A stretch of 64,000 nt of DNA from an uncultured Rickettsiales bacterium (GCA_964504165.1 CAZDDH010000004.1:16748-80747); one strand, 5' to 3'; positions 38,639-48,918 are shown, counted from the first letter of the stretch. The notes: generated by a model from the sequence alone, not told the origin. Numbers and translations: made by a program.

Positions 38639-40375
38639 ATGGACTGGACACTCACAAAGCTGGACGACAGGACACCGCGGCCTGGACCGGTCGTGGTGGT
38701 GGTGATGGATGGCGTGGGGCGGGGGCGCGGGGATGAAGGGGACGCGGTGCACCTGGCCCGGACACCGGTGTTGGACCGGCTGAAGGCCGAGCATCCGATG
38801 TTGGCGCTGCGGGCCCACGGGACCGCCGTGGGGATGCCTTCGGACAAGGACATGGGCAACAGCGAGGTGGGGCACAACGCCCTGGGTTGTGGCCGGGTGT
38901 TCGACCAGGGCGCCAAGCTGGTGGAGAACGCTGTGGCCGATGGCTCTCTGTTCGCCGGGCCGCACTGGCGATCGGCCATGGAGCGCTGCGCGTCCGGTGG
39001 CGCCTTGCATCTCATCGGGCTGCTCAGCGACGGCAATGTTCACAGCCACATCGACCACCTGACGGCGCTGATCCGCGAGGCCAACCTAGCAGGGGCCAGC
39101 CGAGTGTTCGTGCACCCGTTGCTGGACGGCCGGGACGTGGGGGCCACATCGGCGCTGACCTATGTGGACATCCTCGAGGCGGCGCTGGAGCCCATCGACG
39201 CCCGGCCGGACCGGCGCTACAAGGTGGCCTCCGGCGGCGGCCGGATGCTCGTGACGATGGACCGCTACGAGGCGGACTGGAGCATCGTCGAGCGGGGCTG
39301 GCGCGCCCACGTGCTGGGGGACGCCCGCCCGTTCCCAGACTGCCGCACGGCGATCCAGACCTTCCGGGACGAAGAGCCGGGCATCGGCGACCAGTTCCTG
39401 CCGCCGTTCGTCATCGCAGACGATGAAGGGCCGGTGGGGACCATCGAGGACGGCGACGCGGTGGTGTTCTTCAACTTCCGCGGTGACCGGGCGATGGAGA
39501 TCAGCCGGGCCTTCGAGGCGGACGAGTTCCCCTACTTCGACCGTGTCCGCCGCCCCGACGTGCAATACATGGGCATGATGGAGTACGACGGTGACCTGCA
39601 CGTGCCGCAGCGGTTCCTGGTCTCACCGCCGGCCATCGACCGCACCCTGGGCCAATACCTGAGCCACAACGGCATCACCCAGCTGGCCGCCGCCGAGACC
39701 CAAAAATACGGGCACGTGACCTACTTCTGGAACGGCAACTGTTCCGGGCTCTACGATCCGGCCAGCGCCGCCTATCTCGAGACCGCTGCCGAGACGGTGA
39801 CCGCCGACAGCTATACCGCCACCCGCCGCCGCTCCGACCTGGAGACCTACCTGGAAATCCGCAGCGACCGCCTGCCCTTCGAGCAACGGCCGTGGATGAA
39901 AGCCGGCGAGGTCACCCAGGCCGTGCTCGACCAGGTACGCCGTACCAACCCCCGCTTCGTCCGCGTGAACTATGCCAACGGCGACATGGTTGGGCACACC
40001 GGCGATCTGGAAGCGGCCACCCTGGCCGTCTCCGCGGTCGATCTGTGCCTCGGGCGCCTGCTGGAGCTGGTGGCCGAGCTGGACGGCCTGGCGCTGATCA
40101 CCGCCGACCACGGCAACTCGGACGAGATGCTCACCATCGACAAGCGCAGCGGTGAATTCGCCCGCGATGACGAAGGCCGGTTCAAGCCCAAGACAAGCCA
40201 CACCCTCAACCCCGTACCGCTGTTTCTCTACGACCCACGCGGTGGCGAAACCTTGCTCCTGGACGCCGGCGTCCCCTCCCCCGGCCTCGCCAACGTGGCG
40301 GCCACGGTCGTCGAGCTGCTGGGTTTCGCCCCTCCTGACGGCTACGATGCATCTTTGTTGGCGAATTGTAAATAA
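38639..40375 (+). CDS. gpmI: 2,3-bisphosphoglycerate-independent phosphoglycerate mutase.
   Basis: GNSEVGHNALG and the metal-binding/transferase motifs are present. The listed ORF begins upstream at 38501. Confidence 0.85.
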   Translation: MDWTLTKLDDRTPRPGPVVVVVMDGVGRGRGDEGDAVHLARTPVLDRLKAEHPMLALRAHGTAVGMPSDKDMGNSEVGHNALGCGRVFDQGAKLVENAVADGSLFAGPHWRSAMERCASGGALHLIGLLSDGNVHSHIDHLTALIREANLAGASRVFVHPLLDGRDVGATSALTYVDILEAALEPIDARPDRRYKVASGGGRMLVTMDRYEADWSIVERGWRAHVLGDARPFPDCRTAIQTFRDEEPGIGDQFLPPFVIADDEGPVGTIEDGDAVVFFNFRGDRAMEISRAFEADEFPYFDRVRRPDVQYMGMMEYDGDLHVPQRFLVSPPAIDRTLGQYLSHNGITQLAAAETQKYGHVTYFWNGNCSGLYDPASAAYLETAAETVTADSYTATRRRSDLETYLEIRSDRLPFEQRPWMKAGEVTQAVLDQVRRTNPRFVRVNYANGDMVGHTGDLEAATLAVSAVDLCLGRLLELVAELDGLALITADHGNSDEMLTIDKRSGEFARDDEGRFKPKTSHTLNPVPLFLYDPRGGETLLLDAGVPSPGLANVAATVVELLGFAPPDGYDASLLANCK

Positions 40376-40514
40376 CGGCCCAATCCCCCGACTGGTCTGC
40401 CTTTGCGGCCCCCTCATCACCCGTATTTCTTTGACAAACCGGCCTGCGGAGGACATTTATTTCCCTAGGCGGCCTGGTGTCGTTTCATATGCTGAACGTA
40501 ACGATAGGAGCATC

Positions 40515-41246
40515 ATGCAAGTCGATGAAATGGTTCGAGACCTGGTTATAGGCGGCATCGCCGCGCCAGCCGCTGTGGATGCGGGCGACGTTCCCGTAGC
40601 CGTCGGCGGCCTCAAACAAGCCATCGCCCAACGGATCCGCGCTGCAGGCATTCCCCGAGACGCCGCGGCCCGCCACCTGGGCGTGACCCCCCGGTCCATC
40701 TCTCGCTGGCTGCACGGCGACGAAGAGGGTGCGACCAACCCCAGGCGTCGTCAGCTGGAAGGCGAGATCATCGGCTTGCTCCGTGGCCGCTGCCCCGAGT
40801 CCCTGACGCGTCAAGAGATCCTCTGCCACCTGCTGGACCAGGACCTGGACTGCAGCCCCGACGAACTGCAGGGCGTGCTGGACCTCTACCTGGCCCTGGG
40901 GCAGGTGGAGAGCGCTGGTAAGTACCGCTACCGCGCCGCAGAGCGCTGCCGGATCCAGGCCACCCCCGAGCGGCCGGACACCCGCGGCCAGGCGGTCTAC
41001 AAGCGCATCCAGGCCATCCCGCGCCTGATTCGCGCGTACATTCGTGGTGAGAGTGGCGCCCGCGCCCCCATCTGCCGGATGAACATCCCGCCGGATCGTG
41101 TGGAGATTGTGGCCCAGAAGGTCACCGACGCGATCATGGATATCTACAATGAAGAAATGGAACGGGATGTCCCCACCGACAGCCCGCTGACTCCAATGAC
41201 ACTCTTCTTCATGTCGGCCCGCGGCTGGCATGGGGAACCGGAATAA
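40515..41246 (+). CDS. Hypothetical protein with a putative helix-turn-helix segment (AARHLGVTPRSISRWL).
   Basis: ATG with AGGAG RBS at 40505. The upstream part of the listed ORF overlaps gpmI. Confidence 0.5.
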   Translation: MQVDEMVRDLVIGGIAAPAAVDAGDVPVAVGGLKQAIAQRIRAAGIPRDAAARHLGVTPRSISRWLHGDEEGATNPRRRQLEGEIIGLLRGRCPESLTRQEILCHLLDQDLDCSPDELQGVLDLYLALGQVESAGKYRYRAAERCRIQATPERPDTRGQAVYKRIQAIPRLIRAYIRGESGARAPICRMNIPPDRVEIVAQKVTDAIMDIYNEEMERDVPTDSPLTPMTLFFMSARGWHGEPE

Positions 41247-41260
41247 GGGGGGGACGAAAA

Positions 41261-41515
41261 ATGAAAACGGTGAGAACGATCCTTGCAGTAACGCTTCTGG
41301 TGGCCATGTGCGCCGTCAGCGCACCCGCCATCGCCGGCCCCAACGGCGAGGTCAACCACGCTCAGGGCTACACCGCTCCCGCCCAGTACGAGGGCGAAGT
41401 GCCGGAGACCTGGCTGGAAACCTTCACGGGATTCTTCCGGTTCCGCGACCTGCTCCAGCTCATCCCGCTGGACCAACTCTTCGACGGGTTGGACGACGCG
41501 CCCGGCCAGGACTGA
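41261..41515 (+). CDS. Small secreted protein (84 aa) with a signal peptide.
   Basis: MKTVRTILAVTLLVAMCAVSAPAIAGP. RBS AAGGGGGGGA. Sits 15 nt after the HTH gene. Confidence 0.5.
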   Translation: MKTVRTILAVTLLVAMCAVSAPAIAGPNGEVNHAQGYTAPAQYEGEVPETWLETFTGFFRFRDLLQLIPLDQLFDGLDDAPGQD

Positions 41516-41546
41516 ACAGCCCCCTGAATTCGCGCCATTTCGGCGC

Positions 41547-41575
41547 TTGACAACCACCTACCCCCTGAGTATCTT
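41547..41575 (+). promoter_or_regulatory. Candidate sigma70-type promoter for rplU-rpmA-obgE: TTGACA-N17-TATCTT. It is preceded by a short GC hairpin (GCGCC-ATTTC-GGCGC, 41532..41546).
   Basis: Perfect -35, 17-nt spacer, 4/6 -10, about 50 nt upstream of the rplU ATG. Confidence 0.4.
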
Positions 41576-41625
41576 TCGTCGGCCCCGAACCCAGAGGGTT
41601 GTGGTGGCGTGTGTTGGAGGACGTC

Positions 41626-41934
41626 ATGTACGCCGTGGTCGAAACAAGTGGCCATCAGTTCAAGATCGAACAGGGCGACACCGTTCGTCTGGACCGTCTC
41701 ACGGGTGACGAAGGCGCAGAAGTGACCTTCGATCGCGTGTTGCTGGTTCGTGACGAGGAGATCCAGATCGGAACTCCGGCCGTCGCAGGAGCTCGTGTCG
41801 TGGGCACCATCGTGGCCCATGGCAAAGGCCCCAAGATCATCTCGCTCCATTTCAAGCGCCGTAAGGGGCATCACGTCCGCAAGGGCTTCCGGGCCCAGTA
41901 CACCGACGTCCGTATCGACCGGATCGAAGTCTGA
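41626..41934 (+). CDS. rplU: 50S ribosomal protein L21.
   Basis: [18 protein letters not shown]... with GGAGG RBS. Confidence 0.9.
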   Translation: MYAVVETSGHQFKIEQGDTVRLDRLTGDEGAEVTFDRVLLVRDEEIQIGTPAVAGARVVGTIVAHGKGPKIISLHFKRRKGHHVRKGFRAQYTDVRIDRIEV

Positions 41935-41947
41935 TCAGGAGACCGTC

Positions 41948-42208
41948 ATGGCACATAAAAAAGGTCAGGGTAGTTCGCGAAACGGTCGCGATAGCAAGGG
42001 GCAGCGCCGGGGTGTGAAGCGCTATGATGGCCAGGAAGTCCTGGCAGGGAACATCATCGTGCGCCAGCTGGGCACCGCCATCCGTCCTGGGACCAACGTC
42101 GGCTGTGGCCGCGACTACACGCTCTTCGCCCTGGTGGACGGCAAGGTCAAATTCGGCCACGATCGCTACGGAAAGAAATGCGTATCGATCCTCCCGCTCG
42201 AGAACTAG
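41948..42208 (+). CDS. rpmA: 50S ribosomal protein L27.
   Basis: [29 protein letters not shown]... Confidence 0.9.
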   Translation: MAHKKGQGSSRNGRDSKGQRRGVKRYDGQEVLAGNIIVRQLGTAIRPGTNVGCGRDYTLFALVDGKVKFGHDRYGKKCVSILPLEN

Positions 42209-42242
42209 CCCGGCTCACACAGCCGTCCACGGAGGATGGCTC

Positions 42243-43262
42243 GTGAAATTCCTCGACGAAGTTGTCATCGATGTCCGCTCCGGCAAGGGCGGGGACGGCA
42301 TGTTGCATTTCCACCGCGAGAAGTTCGTGCCCAGGGGTGGGCCGGACGGCGGGGACGGCGGCCGCGGTGGCCACGTGGTCCTGGTGGCCGACCAGGGGCG
42401 CAACACGTTGCTGCAACTCCGCTACAACCCGATACACCGCGCCGAAAATGGCCGGCCGGGCGGCACCAATAACTGCACGGGCGCCTGCGGCAACGATCTA
42501 CGCATCCCCGTCCCCATAGGGACCATCGTGCGGGTCGAAGGCGAACACGGAGTCCTGGGTGACCTGACGGAAGACGGGCAGGAACTCGTCGTGGCCCAGG
42601 GCGGCAAGGGCGGGCGAGGTAACGCCCACTTCCGCAGCCCCCGTAACCGGACCCCCCAACAAAGCGAGCAGGGCGGCCCCATGGAGCGTCTGCGCCTACG
42701 CCTGGAGCTCCGATTGCTGGCGGATGTGGGCCTGGTGGGCCTACCCAACGCCGGCAAGTCCACGCTGGTCTCGCGCATCTCTGCGGCGCGCCCGCGCATC
42801 GCCGACTACCCATTCACGACCCTGGAGCCCAGCCTTGGCGTGGTCCGTCACGGGGACTACGGATCGTTCGTGATCACCGACCTTCCTGGGCTCATCGCTG
42901 GCGCTCACGAGGGCCAGGGGCTGGGACATCGTTTTCTCCGGCACGTGGAACGGACGGCGGTGTTCTTGCACCTGGTGAGCCTGGAAGCGGATCTGGATCC
43001 CGCCGATCCTGTGGAACGCTTCCACACGGTGCGCGACGAGGTGCTCGCCTACCGCGAGGCCCTGGGCGATCGCCCGGCGCTAGTGGGGCTCTCCAAGCTG
43101 GATGTCGTGACCGACCGGGCGCCGATAGCGACCCTGGCAAAGCGCTTCGAACAGGAGGTGGGGCTGAAAGCCTTGCCGTTCTCGGCGGCGACAGGCGAAG
43201 GTATCGAACAGCTCGTGCGCACGCTCGGCGCCATGGTGGACGAGGTCAGGGAGGAGCCATGA
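42243..43262 (+). CDS. obgE: GTPase Obg/CgtA.
   Basis: Gly-rich Obg fold (GGDGGRGG), G1 GLPNAGKST, G3 DLPGLI. GTG start with GGAGGA RBS. Confidence 0.9.
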   Translation: MKFLDEVVIDVRSGKGGDGMLHFHREKFVPRGGPDGGDGGRGGHVVLVADQGRNTLLQLRYNPIHRAENGRPGGTNNCTGACGNDLRIPVPIGTIVRVEGEHGVLGDLTEDGQELVVAQGGKGGRGNAHFRSPRNRTPQQSEQGGPMERLRLRLELRLLADVGLVGLPNAGKSTLVSRISAARPRIADYPFTTLEPSLGVVRHGDYGSFVITDLPGLIAGAHEGQGLGHRFLRHVERTAVFLHLVSLEADLDPADPVERFHTVRDEVLAYREALGDRPALVGLSKLDVVTDRAPIATLAKRFEQEVGLKALPFSAATGEGIEQLVRTLGAMVDEVREEP

Positions 43263-44092
43263 ACACAGGGATCCGCATCGGCCGCTGGTTCGCAACGGTA
43301 GTGATCGCGGCGGCCGCGGCCGTCGTGGGCTGCCAGCCGGACGAACCCGAGGAGGCACCGACTCCGACCGAAACGGCCTACGCCCAGTTGCCCGCGATGA
43401 GCGGGGGAACCCTGCAGGAACTCGGTCCCCACAGGTACACCAGCACGATCGTGACGCGCTATGCGTCGGACACCGCCTCCAGGCGGGAAGAACGCCAGGA
43501 GCTCGTCTGGCAGGACATGCACAACTACCGCTACGAGGTCTGGCTCGACGGCGAGCTACATACATTGGAGTACCGACAAGGGAACCACATGCTCCGCCGG
43601 CATGGCGCCGGCAGCTATCACTTCGCCACACCCACAGCCGGCACACACACGCTGACCAAGACGATGATCCCCGGCGACGTCAACCTGGCCAAGTTCCGCG
43701 CCGGTCTCGTGGTCGAGGAGGCCCCGGTGCCCAAGGAAGACCAGGATCCGGACGGCAAGGAGCGGCGCCTGTACACCCTGGCGCTGCATACCGCACCGAC
43801 GGAAGGAACCGGCGACGAGGTGGACCAAAAACTCCTGGCTCAGGGGCACTCGGGGATTCCCGTCACCCTCGACGGCCATGCGCTGGTCGATGGGCTGGGT
43901 AACCGTCTGCGCCTAGAATTCGATGGCAGCTACCGCAAGCGAAAGTCCGGTAGCCTAGAGGCTGAGCCGACCCTGGTGACGGGGACGATCTCCCGTCAGG
44001 ACGCCCCCGACGGACTCGAACTCCATCCACCGGCCGAGGCAGCCGTCCTGTTTTTCGAGAAACAACAGGAGTCGCGCACGACGGCTCCATGA
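43259..44092 (+). CDS. Hypothetical lipoprotein, ATGA-coupled to obgE.
   Basis: Lipobox AAAAAVVGC. 277 aa. Confidence 0.6.
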   Translation: MNTGIRIGRWFATVVIAAAAAVVGCQPDEPEEAPTPTETAYAQLPAMSGGTLQELGPHRYTSTIVTRYASDTASRREERQELVWQDMHNYRYEVWLDGELHTLEYRQGNHMLRRHGAGSYHFATPTAGTHTLTKTMIPGDVNLAKFRAGLVVEEAPVPKEDQDPDGKERRLYTLALHTAPTEGTGDEVDQKLLAQGHSGIPVTLDGHALVDGLGNRLRLEFDGSYRKRKSGSLEAEPTLVTGTISRQDAPDGLELHPPAEAAVLFFEKQQESRTTAP

Positions 44093-44163
44093 GGTCAGGG
44101 CCTACCTCATCCCGCACTCTCAATCGTTTGACCCACTCCAATGGGCTCGCTACGATCAGGATC

Positions 44164-44580
44164 GTGGGGGTGGGGCCACACTTGACGCAGGAGGAACCTG
44201 CCATCGTTACGGAAACTAAGGCCAGCATCCTGGCCGACGCCATTCTGGAAAAGAAGGGTGAGGAGGTCGTCCTCCTCGAGGTCACGAAACTGCTGGATTT
44301 CGCAGACACCTTCATTCTGGCCACCGGTACCAGTCCACCCCACCTCGACGCCATGAGCGAAGCCGTCCAGATAGCCGGCAAGGCGGCAGGGTTCACGTCC
44401 ATGGGTGTCGAAGGCAGCCAGCGTAGCAACTGGATCCTGATCGATTTCGGGGACGTCGTCGTACATCTGTTCTCCAGGGAAGGGAGGGGCGTGTTCGATC
44501 TGGACGGTTTGTGGTGTGACGCACCACGCACCGAACTCACCGACCGCTTCCCATCGGCTGCGGCCGACGCCCAGGCCTGA
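44164..44580 (+). CDS. rsfS: Ribosome silencing factor RsfS (Iojap).
   Basis: ILEKKGEEVVLLEV...DFADTFILATGTS...NWILIDFGDVVVHLF. The GTG start is inferred. Confidence 0.7.
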   Translation: MGVGPHLTQEEPAIVTETKASILADAILEKKGEEVVLLEVTKLLDFADTFILATGTSPPHLDAMSEAVQIAGKAAGFTSMGVEGSQRSNWILIDFGDVVVHLFSREGRGVFDLDGLWCDAPRTELTDRFPSAAADAQA

Positions 44581-44587
44581 GCCTCCA

Positions 44588-45055
44588 TTGCAGCTGACCA
44601 TCCTGACGGTAGGGAAGCCGCGCGATCGCGGGCTTCGGGATCTGTGCGGCCTGTACCTCGGGCGGTGCAGTCCGTTCTGGCGCGTGACCTGGGACTCGGT
44701 CTCTGCTGGCGATCCAAGGGGCAGTCGTCTTGCCAAGCGAGCCACCGCCGCCGAGGGTAACCGTCTGGTGCAGCGGCTGGGCGGCAACGCCGTCAACGTC
44801 GCCCTGGACGAACGCGGCAAGCGCTACACATCCAAGGAGTTCGCTCGCTGGCTGGGCCGGCAACGGGACAGCGGCCAGAGCGTCCGGTTGGTCGTCGGTG
44901 GGGCCCACGGCCTGGCCCCCGAGGTCATCGACCGCTGCTCACACAAGATGTCCCTGTCCCCCATGACTCTGCCTCACGAACTGGCCCTGCTGATGTTGCT
45001 GGAGCAGCTCTACCGAGCCAAGACCATCCTCGCGGGTGAGCCCTATCACCACTGA
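44588..45055 (+). CDS. rlmH: 23S rRNA (pseudouridine1915-N3)-methyltransferase RlmH (SPOUT).
   Basis: LQLTILTVGK... and LVVGGAHGLAPEV...SLSPMTLPHELA...LYRA. TTG start inferred just after the rsfS stop. Confidence 0.7.
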   Translation: MQLTILTVGKPRDRGLRDLCGLYLGRCSPFWRVTWDSVSAGDPRGSRLAKRATAAEGNRLVQRLGGNAVNVALDERGKRYTSKEFARWLGRQRDSGQSVRLVVGGAHGLAPEVIDRCSHKMSLSPMTLPHELALLMLLEQLYRAKTILAGEPYHH

Positions 45056-45119
45056 CCGCGGGAGCGGCCAGGTCTCGGGCTGACCGTCATCTGGCACACG
45101 AGTTGCACCCTCAACGGGC

Positions 45120-45836
45120 ATGCTCGACCTCATCAAGACCACCGTAGCCCCTGTATTTGATCTGCTGGCTCCCGACCTGTGCCCCCTGTGCGGCGTTCCG
45201 GCCACCCCCCGACTCGGTGGCTGGTGCGAGACCTGCAGGGATGGTCTCCCGTGGCTCGACAGCTCGACATGCGCCATCTGCAACGAACCCCTGGGGCATG
45301 GTGGCGGATGTCCGTCCTGCCGTGCTGCCGGCCATCCGTGGACCGGCGTCGTGGCCGCGGTCGATTACAGCGGAGAGCTGCGTGACCTGCTCACCCGCTG
45401 GAAGTTCACGCCCACGACATCCTTTTCCCGTCCCCTCTCCGCGGTATTGCTGCGGTCCATCCCCCGGGGGCCCGGCGGCTGGGATCTGGTCGTCCCGGTC
45501 CCGCAGCGCGAGTCCGCCTGGCGTACCAGAGGATTCCACCCGGCTGGCGACCTGGCCCGGGCCGTCGCGCGGCAGGCCCAGCTGCCCATCTGCCAGCCGC
45601 TCGTCTGCCGTCGCGATGTCCAGCCTCAGGTGGGATTGACCGCTGTCCAGCGGCGACGTAACGTGGAGCGCCTTTTTCGCACGGGGCCGGCGTCCAGGCG
45701 CCTACCCGGGAAACGGCTGCTGCTGGTGGATGATGTGGTCACGACGACGGCCACCGCGGCAGCCTGTGCGGGCATCTTGCGGGATGCCGACGCAAGCTCC
45801 GTCACCGTGGCCGCCCTGGCGCGGGCCGCACCTTGA
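45120..45836 (+). CDS. comF: ComF-family protein: N-terminal Zn-ribbon plus a phosphoribosyltransferase domain.
   Basis: CPLCG...CETC...CAIC...CPSC and the PRTase motif LLVDDVVTTTAT. Confidence 0.8.
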   Translation: MLDLIKTTVAPVFDLLAPDLCPLCGVPATPRLGGWCETCRDGLPWLDSSTCAICNEPLGHGGGCPSCRAAGHPWTGVVAAVDYSGELRDLLTRWKFTPTTSFSRPLSAVLLRSIPRGPGGWDLVVPVPQRESAWRTRGFHPAGDLARAVARQAQLPICQPLVCRRDVQPQVGLTAVQRRRNVERLFRTGPASRRLPGKRLLLVDDVVTTTATAAACAGILRDADASSVTVAALARAAP

Positions 45837-45837
45837 G

Positions 45838-47118
45838 GTGAATGTGTACGAGATCCACCATCAGATCCTCGATGGCGGTCTACCAGCGCTCGTGCTCGTG
45901 CGCAATGGGCTCCACTCCCTGGATGTGAACCTGGTCGTGCGCGCAGGCCCTCGTTACGAGACCCCCGAAAACAACGGCCTGAGCCACATGGTGGAACACA
46001 TGCTCTTCCGGGGCACCCACCAGTACCCTAGTTCGCTGGATTTCCACGAAGCGGTGGAACAGATCGGCGGGCCGCTGATGGGCAGCACGGGGCGGGACAG
46101 CTCCTTGTACAGCCTGCTGGTCAGCCCCCGCGACCTGGCACCGGCGCTGGAGCTGTTGTCCGAAGCCACCTTGCGCCCGACCTTCTCCAACCTGGATCTG
46201 GAACGCAAACTGATCCTCGAAGAACTGCTCGAAGATCTGGACGAGGACGATCGAGACCTCAACCTGGAGCACATCAGCCGCAAGTTGATGTGGCCCAACG
46301 ATCCCGTCGGATTCTCCATCGTTGGCCAGCGCAGCAACGTGGAACGGTTCACCGTCGATGACATACGGGAACTCCACACCAGGCTGTACGTCACGGGCAA
46401 CGCCTTGCTGGTCGTGGCCGGGCCCGTCGATCCCGCCGAGTGCTTCGCCAGGGCATCCGCCTGTTTCGCAGACATGAACAGCGGCCCGGCGGCCAGCGCC
46501 CCCCCCATGCGTCCGGTCCGCCCCGGGCCCCACATTCACCACGTCGAACACGACGCCAGCCAGGTCGAGATGCTGCTCAGCTTCCCGGCGCCGGGTATCT
46601 TGCACCCGGATGCCCAGGGCATCGCCCTGATCCAGATGATCCTGGGAGACGGCGTCACATCCAGGCTGCAATGGAACATCTGCGAACAGCGGGCGCTGGC
46701 CTACACCATCGAAGCCCAGTACGAACCGCTGGACGATCTAGGGACCCTGGACATCGACGCCGCCGTCCATCCGGACCACTACCTGGAATTGGTACGGGAG
46801 GTGGTCAAGACCCTACGATTCCTCAAGGATCGTGGGCCCACGGCTGCCGAACTGGAGCGGGCCATTCGACGCTACCGGCTGGCCCTCGAGTTCGCCCTGG
46901 ACAGCCCCTCCGCCCTCGTCGCCTATCATATGGACGAGATCTACGGCATGCGGCGCTCCATCTCCCAGCGCCTGGAGACCCTCGATAGCTGGACCCCGAG
47001 GCGCCTGAGGGCGTTGTGCCGAGGGCTGTTGAAGCGCGCGGGAGCGACCCTGGTCACCGTGGGCCCCCTTGACACCCTTGCTGTCCGGCGCACCGAGCGA
47101 TTGCTCAGCCAGCTCTGA
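45838..47118 (+). CDS. M16 (pitrilysin) family zinc peptidase.
   Basis: HMVEHMLFRG (HxxEH). The GTG start lies 1 nt after the comF stop. Confidence 0.8.
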   Translation: MNVYEIHHQILDGGLPALVLVRNGLHSLDVNLVVRAGPRYETPENNGLSHMVEHMLFRGTHQYPSSLDFHEAVEQIGGPLMGSTGRDSSLYSLLVSPRDLAPALELLSEATLRPTFSNLDLERKLILEELLEDLDEDDRDLNLEHISRKLMWPNDPVGFSIVGQRSNVERFTVDDIRELHTRLYVTGNALLVVAGPVDPAECFARASACFADMNSGPAASAPPMRPVRPGPHIHHVEHDASQVEMLLSFPAPGILHPDAQGIALIQMILGDGVTSRLQWNICEQRALAYTIEAQYEPLDDLGTLDIDAAVHPDHYLELVREVVKTLRFLKDRGPTAAELERAIRRYRLALEFALDSPSALVAYHMDEIYGMRRSISQRLETLDSWTPRRLRALCRGLLKRAGATLVTVGPLDTLAVRRTERLLSQL

Positions 47119-47156
47119 CCCGTCCGGATTCCGGACACCCCGTCCGGATTCCGGAC
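47119..47156. promoter_or_regulatory. Two tandem copies, on a 20-bp period, of an 18-nt element containing the perfect 15-bp palindrome GTCCGGA-T-TCCGGAC. It lies between the M16 peptidase stop and the Hsp70 gene and is a candidate operator or tandem hairpin terminator.
   Basis: Read directly: cccgtccggattccggac ac cccgtccggattccggac. Confidence 0.6.
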
Positions 47157-47297
47157 CGTCGAGGCCCTCGTCAGCAGCGTCCCACACGCTCCAAACCGCA
47201 CGTTGACGGAGGGCAACGCCAGCCCTACCATGGAAACTGGCAGCAGCCGCGACGTTCATCATCAACCATCGGCTCAGACCTGAATCAAGGGGAAGGC

Positions 47298-48893
47298 ATG
47301 GCCCACGCAATTGGCATCGATCTGGGTACCTCCAACTCGGTGGTTTCCGTCATGCGAGACGGAATCCCAGTGGTCATTCCAGACGATGAAGGGAATCGGA
47401 TTCACCCCTCGGTGGTGACCTTTGGCTTCGGGGACTCGGTCCTGGTGGGGACCCAGGCCAGGGCACAGCTCCTGTACAACCCGACGAACACGATCTATTC
47501 GGCCAAGCGCCTCATCGGCCGCTCCATCTTCGCCGATGAAGTGACGAAGGCTCAGCAGTTCCTCCCGTACAAGCTCGTGGAGGGTCCCCACAACGACATC
47601 CGAGTTCAGGCGATGGAGCGGGAATTCTCCCTGCAAGAAATCTCGGCGTTCATCCTGCGTCACCTGCGCCAGGTCGCCGAGAACTACCTGGGGGAGACGG
47701 TGGAACAGGCGGTGGTCACCGTCCCGGCCTACTTCAACGACATGCAGCGGCAGGCGACCAAGGACGCCGGCTCTATCGCCGGCCTCGACGTGCTGCGCAT
47801 CATCAACGAGCCCACTGCGGCGGCCCTGGCCTACGGATTCGAGGCTGGCGTCAACAAGACCATCGGCGTCTATGACCTCGGTGGCGGTACCTTCGATATC
47901 TCCCTGCTGCGCATCACCGGCGACGTCTACGAGGTGGTCTCCACCGCAGGCGACACCTACCTGGGTGGCGACGATTTCGACCTGTCCATCGTCGAACATC
48001 TGCTCAGCGGATTCTCGGACGCAGAGAAGGCCGGGATCATCAACAATCACGCGGTCGTCCAGCGGCTCAAGCGGGCCGCCGAGGACGCCAAGATCGCCCT
48101 GTCGCTGCGGCCCGAGTCCAGCATCCATGTCCAGGGTGTGGTCAAGGACGAGCGCGGGTTCGATCGCGATCTGTCCACCACGCTCAATCAGACCCAGTTC
48201 CACAAGCTCGTGTATCCGCTGGTGGCACGCACCTTCCAGGTATGCGACGAGGCGCTGCGGGAAGCCAAGCTCAATCCCGGCGAGCTCGAGGCCGTCGTAT
48301 TGGTGGGCGGCATGACCCGTTCACCGCTGATCCAGGAGGCGGTCTCGACCTATTTTGGCCACACCCCAGAAGCTGGCATCAACCCGGACGAGGTGGTGGC
48401 TGTCGGTGCTGCGATCCAGGCCCATAGTCTGGCCGGCGCTGCCGCCGCTCTCACCGCGCCAGCCGGTGCCCCCGAAGCCCAGCCCAGCGCCCTGCTCATC
48501 GACGTGACCCCCCAGTCGCTGAGCGTTGCCACCGTCAGTGGCTATGTGGAACGCCTCATCGAGCGCAACACGCCGATTCCCACCGGTATCGCCCGCGCCT
48601 TCACCACCAGCACCGACGGTCAGGAAGAGGTGCGCATCGCCGTATACCAGGGCGAGAGCCGGATGGCCGATGACAACGAGATGCTCGGGGAGTTCGTCCT
48701 CGGTGGGCTACGCCCCGCCGCGCGTGGTGAGCTGAAGATCCAGGTCAATTTCGACATCGATGCCAACGGCATCGTGCATGTCACAGCCGAGGACATGGAG
48801 ACGCGCCGATCGCGCTCCATCGACATCCAGGCATCGACTGCACTGACGGAAGACGAGATCGACGAGATGAAGTTTGATAACTTGGAGTTCTGA
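47298..48893 (+). CDS. Hsp70-family chaperone, a short form (531 aa) lacking the C-terminal lid/EEVD region.
   Basis: IGIDLGTSNSVVSV, DLGGGTFD, IDVTPQSL. The protein ends shortly after the beta-sandwich substrate-binding domain. Confidence 0.85.
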   Translation: MAHAIGIDLGTSNSVVSVMRDGIPVVIPDDEGNRIHPSVVTFGFGDSVLVGTQARAQLLYNPTNTIYSAKRLIGRSIFADEVTKAQQFLPYKLVEGPHNDIRVQAMEREFSLQEISAFILRHLRQVAENYLGETVEQAVVTVPAYFNDMQRQATKDAGSIAGLDVLRIINEPTAAALAYGFEAGVNKTIGVYDLGGGTFDISLLRITGDVYEVVSTAGDTYLGGDDFDLSIVEHLLSGFSDAEKAGIINNHAVVQRLKRAAEDAKIALSLRPESSIHVQGVVKDERGFDRDLSTTLNQTQFHKLVYPLVARTFQVCDEALREAKLNPGELEAVVLVGGMTRSPLIQEAVSTYFGHTPEAGINPDEVVAVGAAIQAHSLAGAAAALTAPAGAPEAQPSALLIDVTPQSLSVATVSGYVERLIERNTPIPTGIARAFTTSTDGQEEVRIAVYQGESRMADDNEMLGEFVLGGLRPAARGELKIQVNFDIDANGIVHVTAEDMETRRSRSIDIQASTALTEDEIDEMKFDNLEF

Positions 48894-48918
48894 CTCGACA
48901 GACACTCGGAGCGGATAG

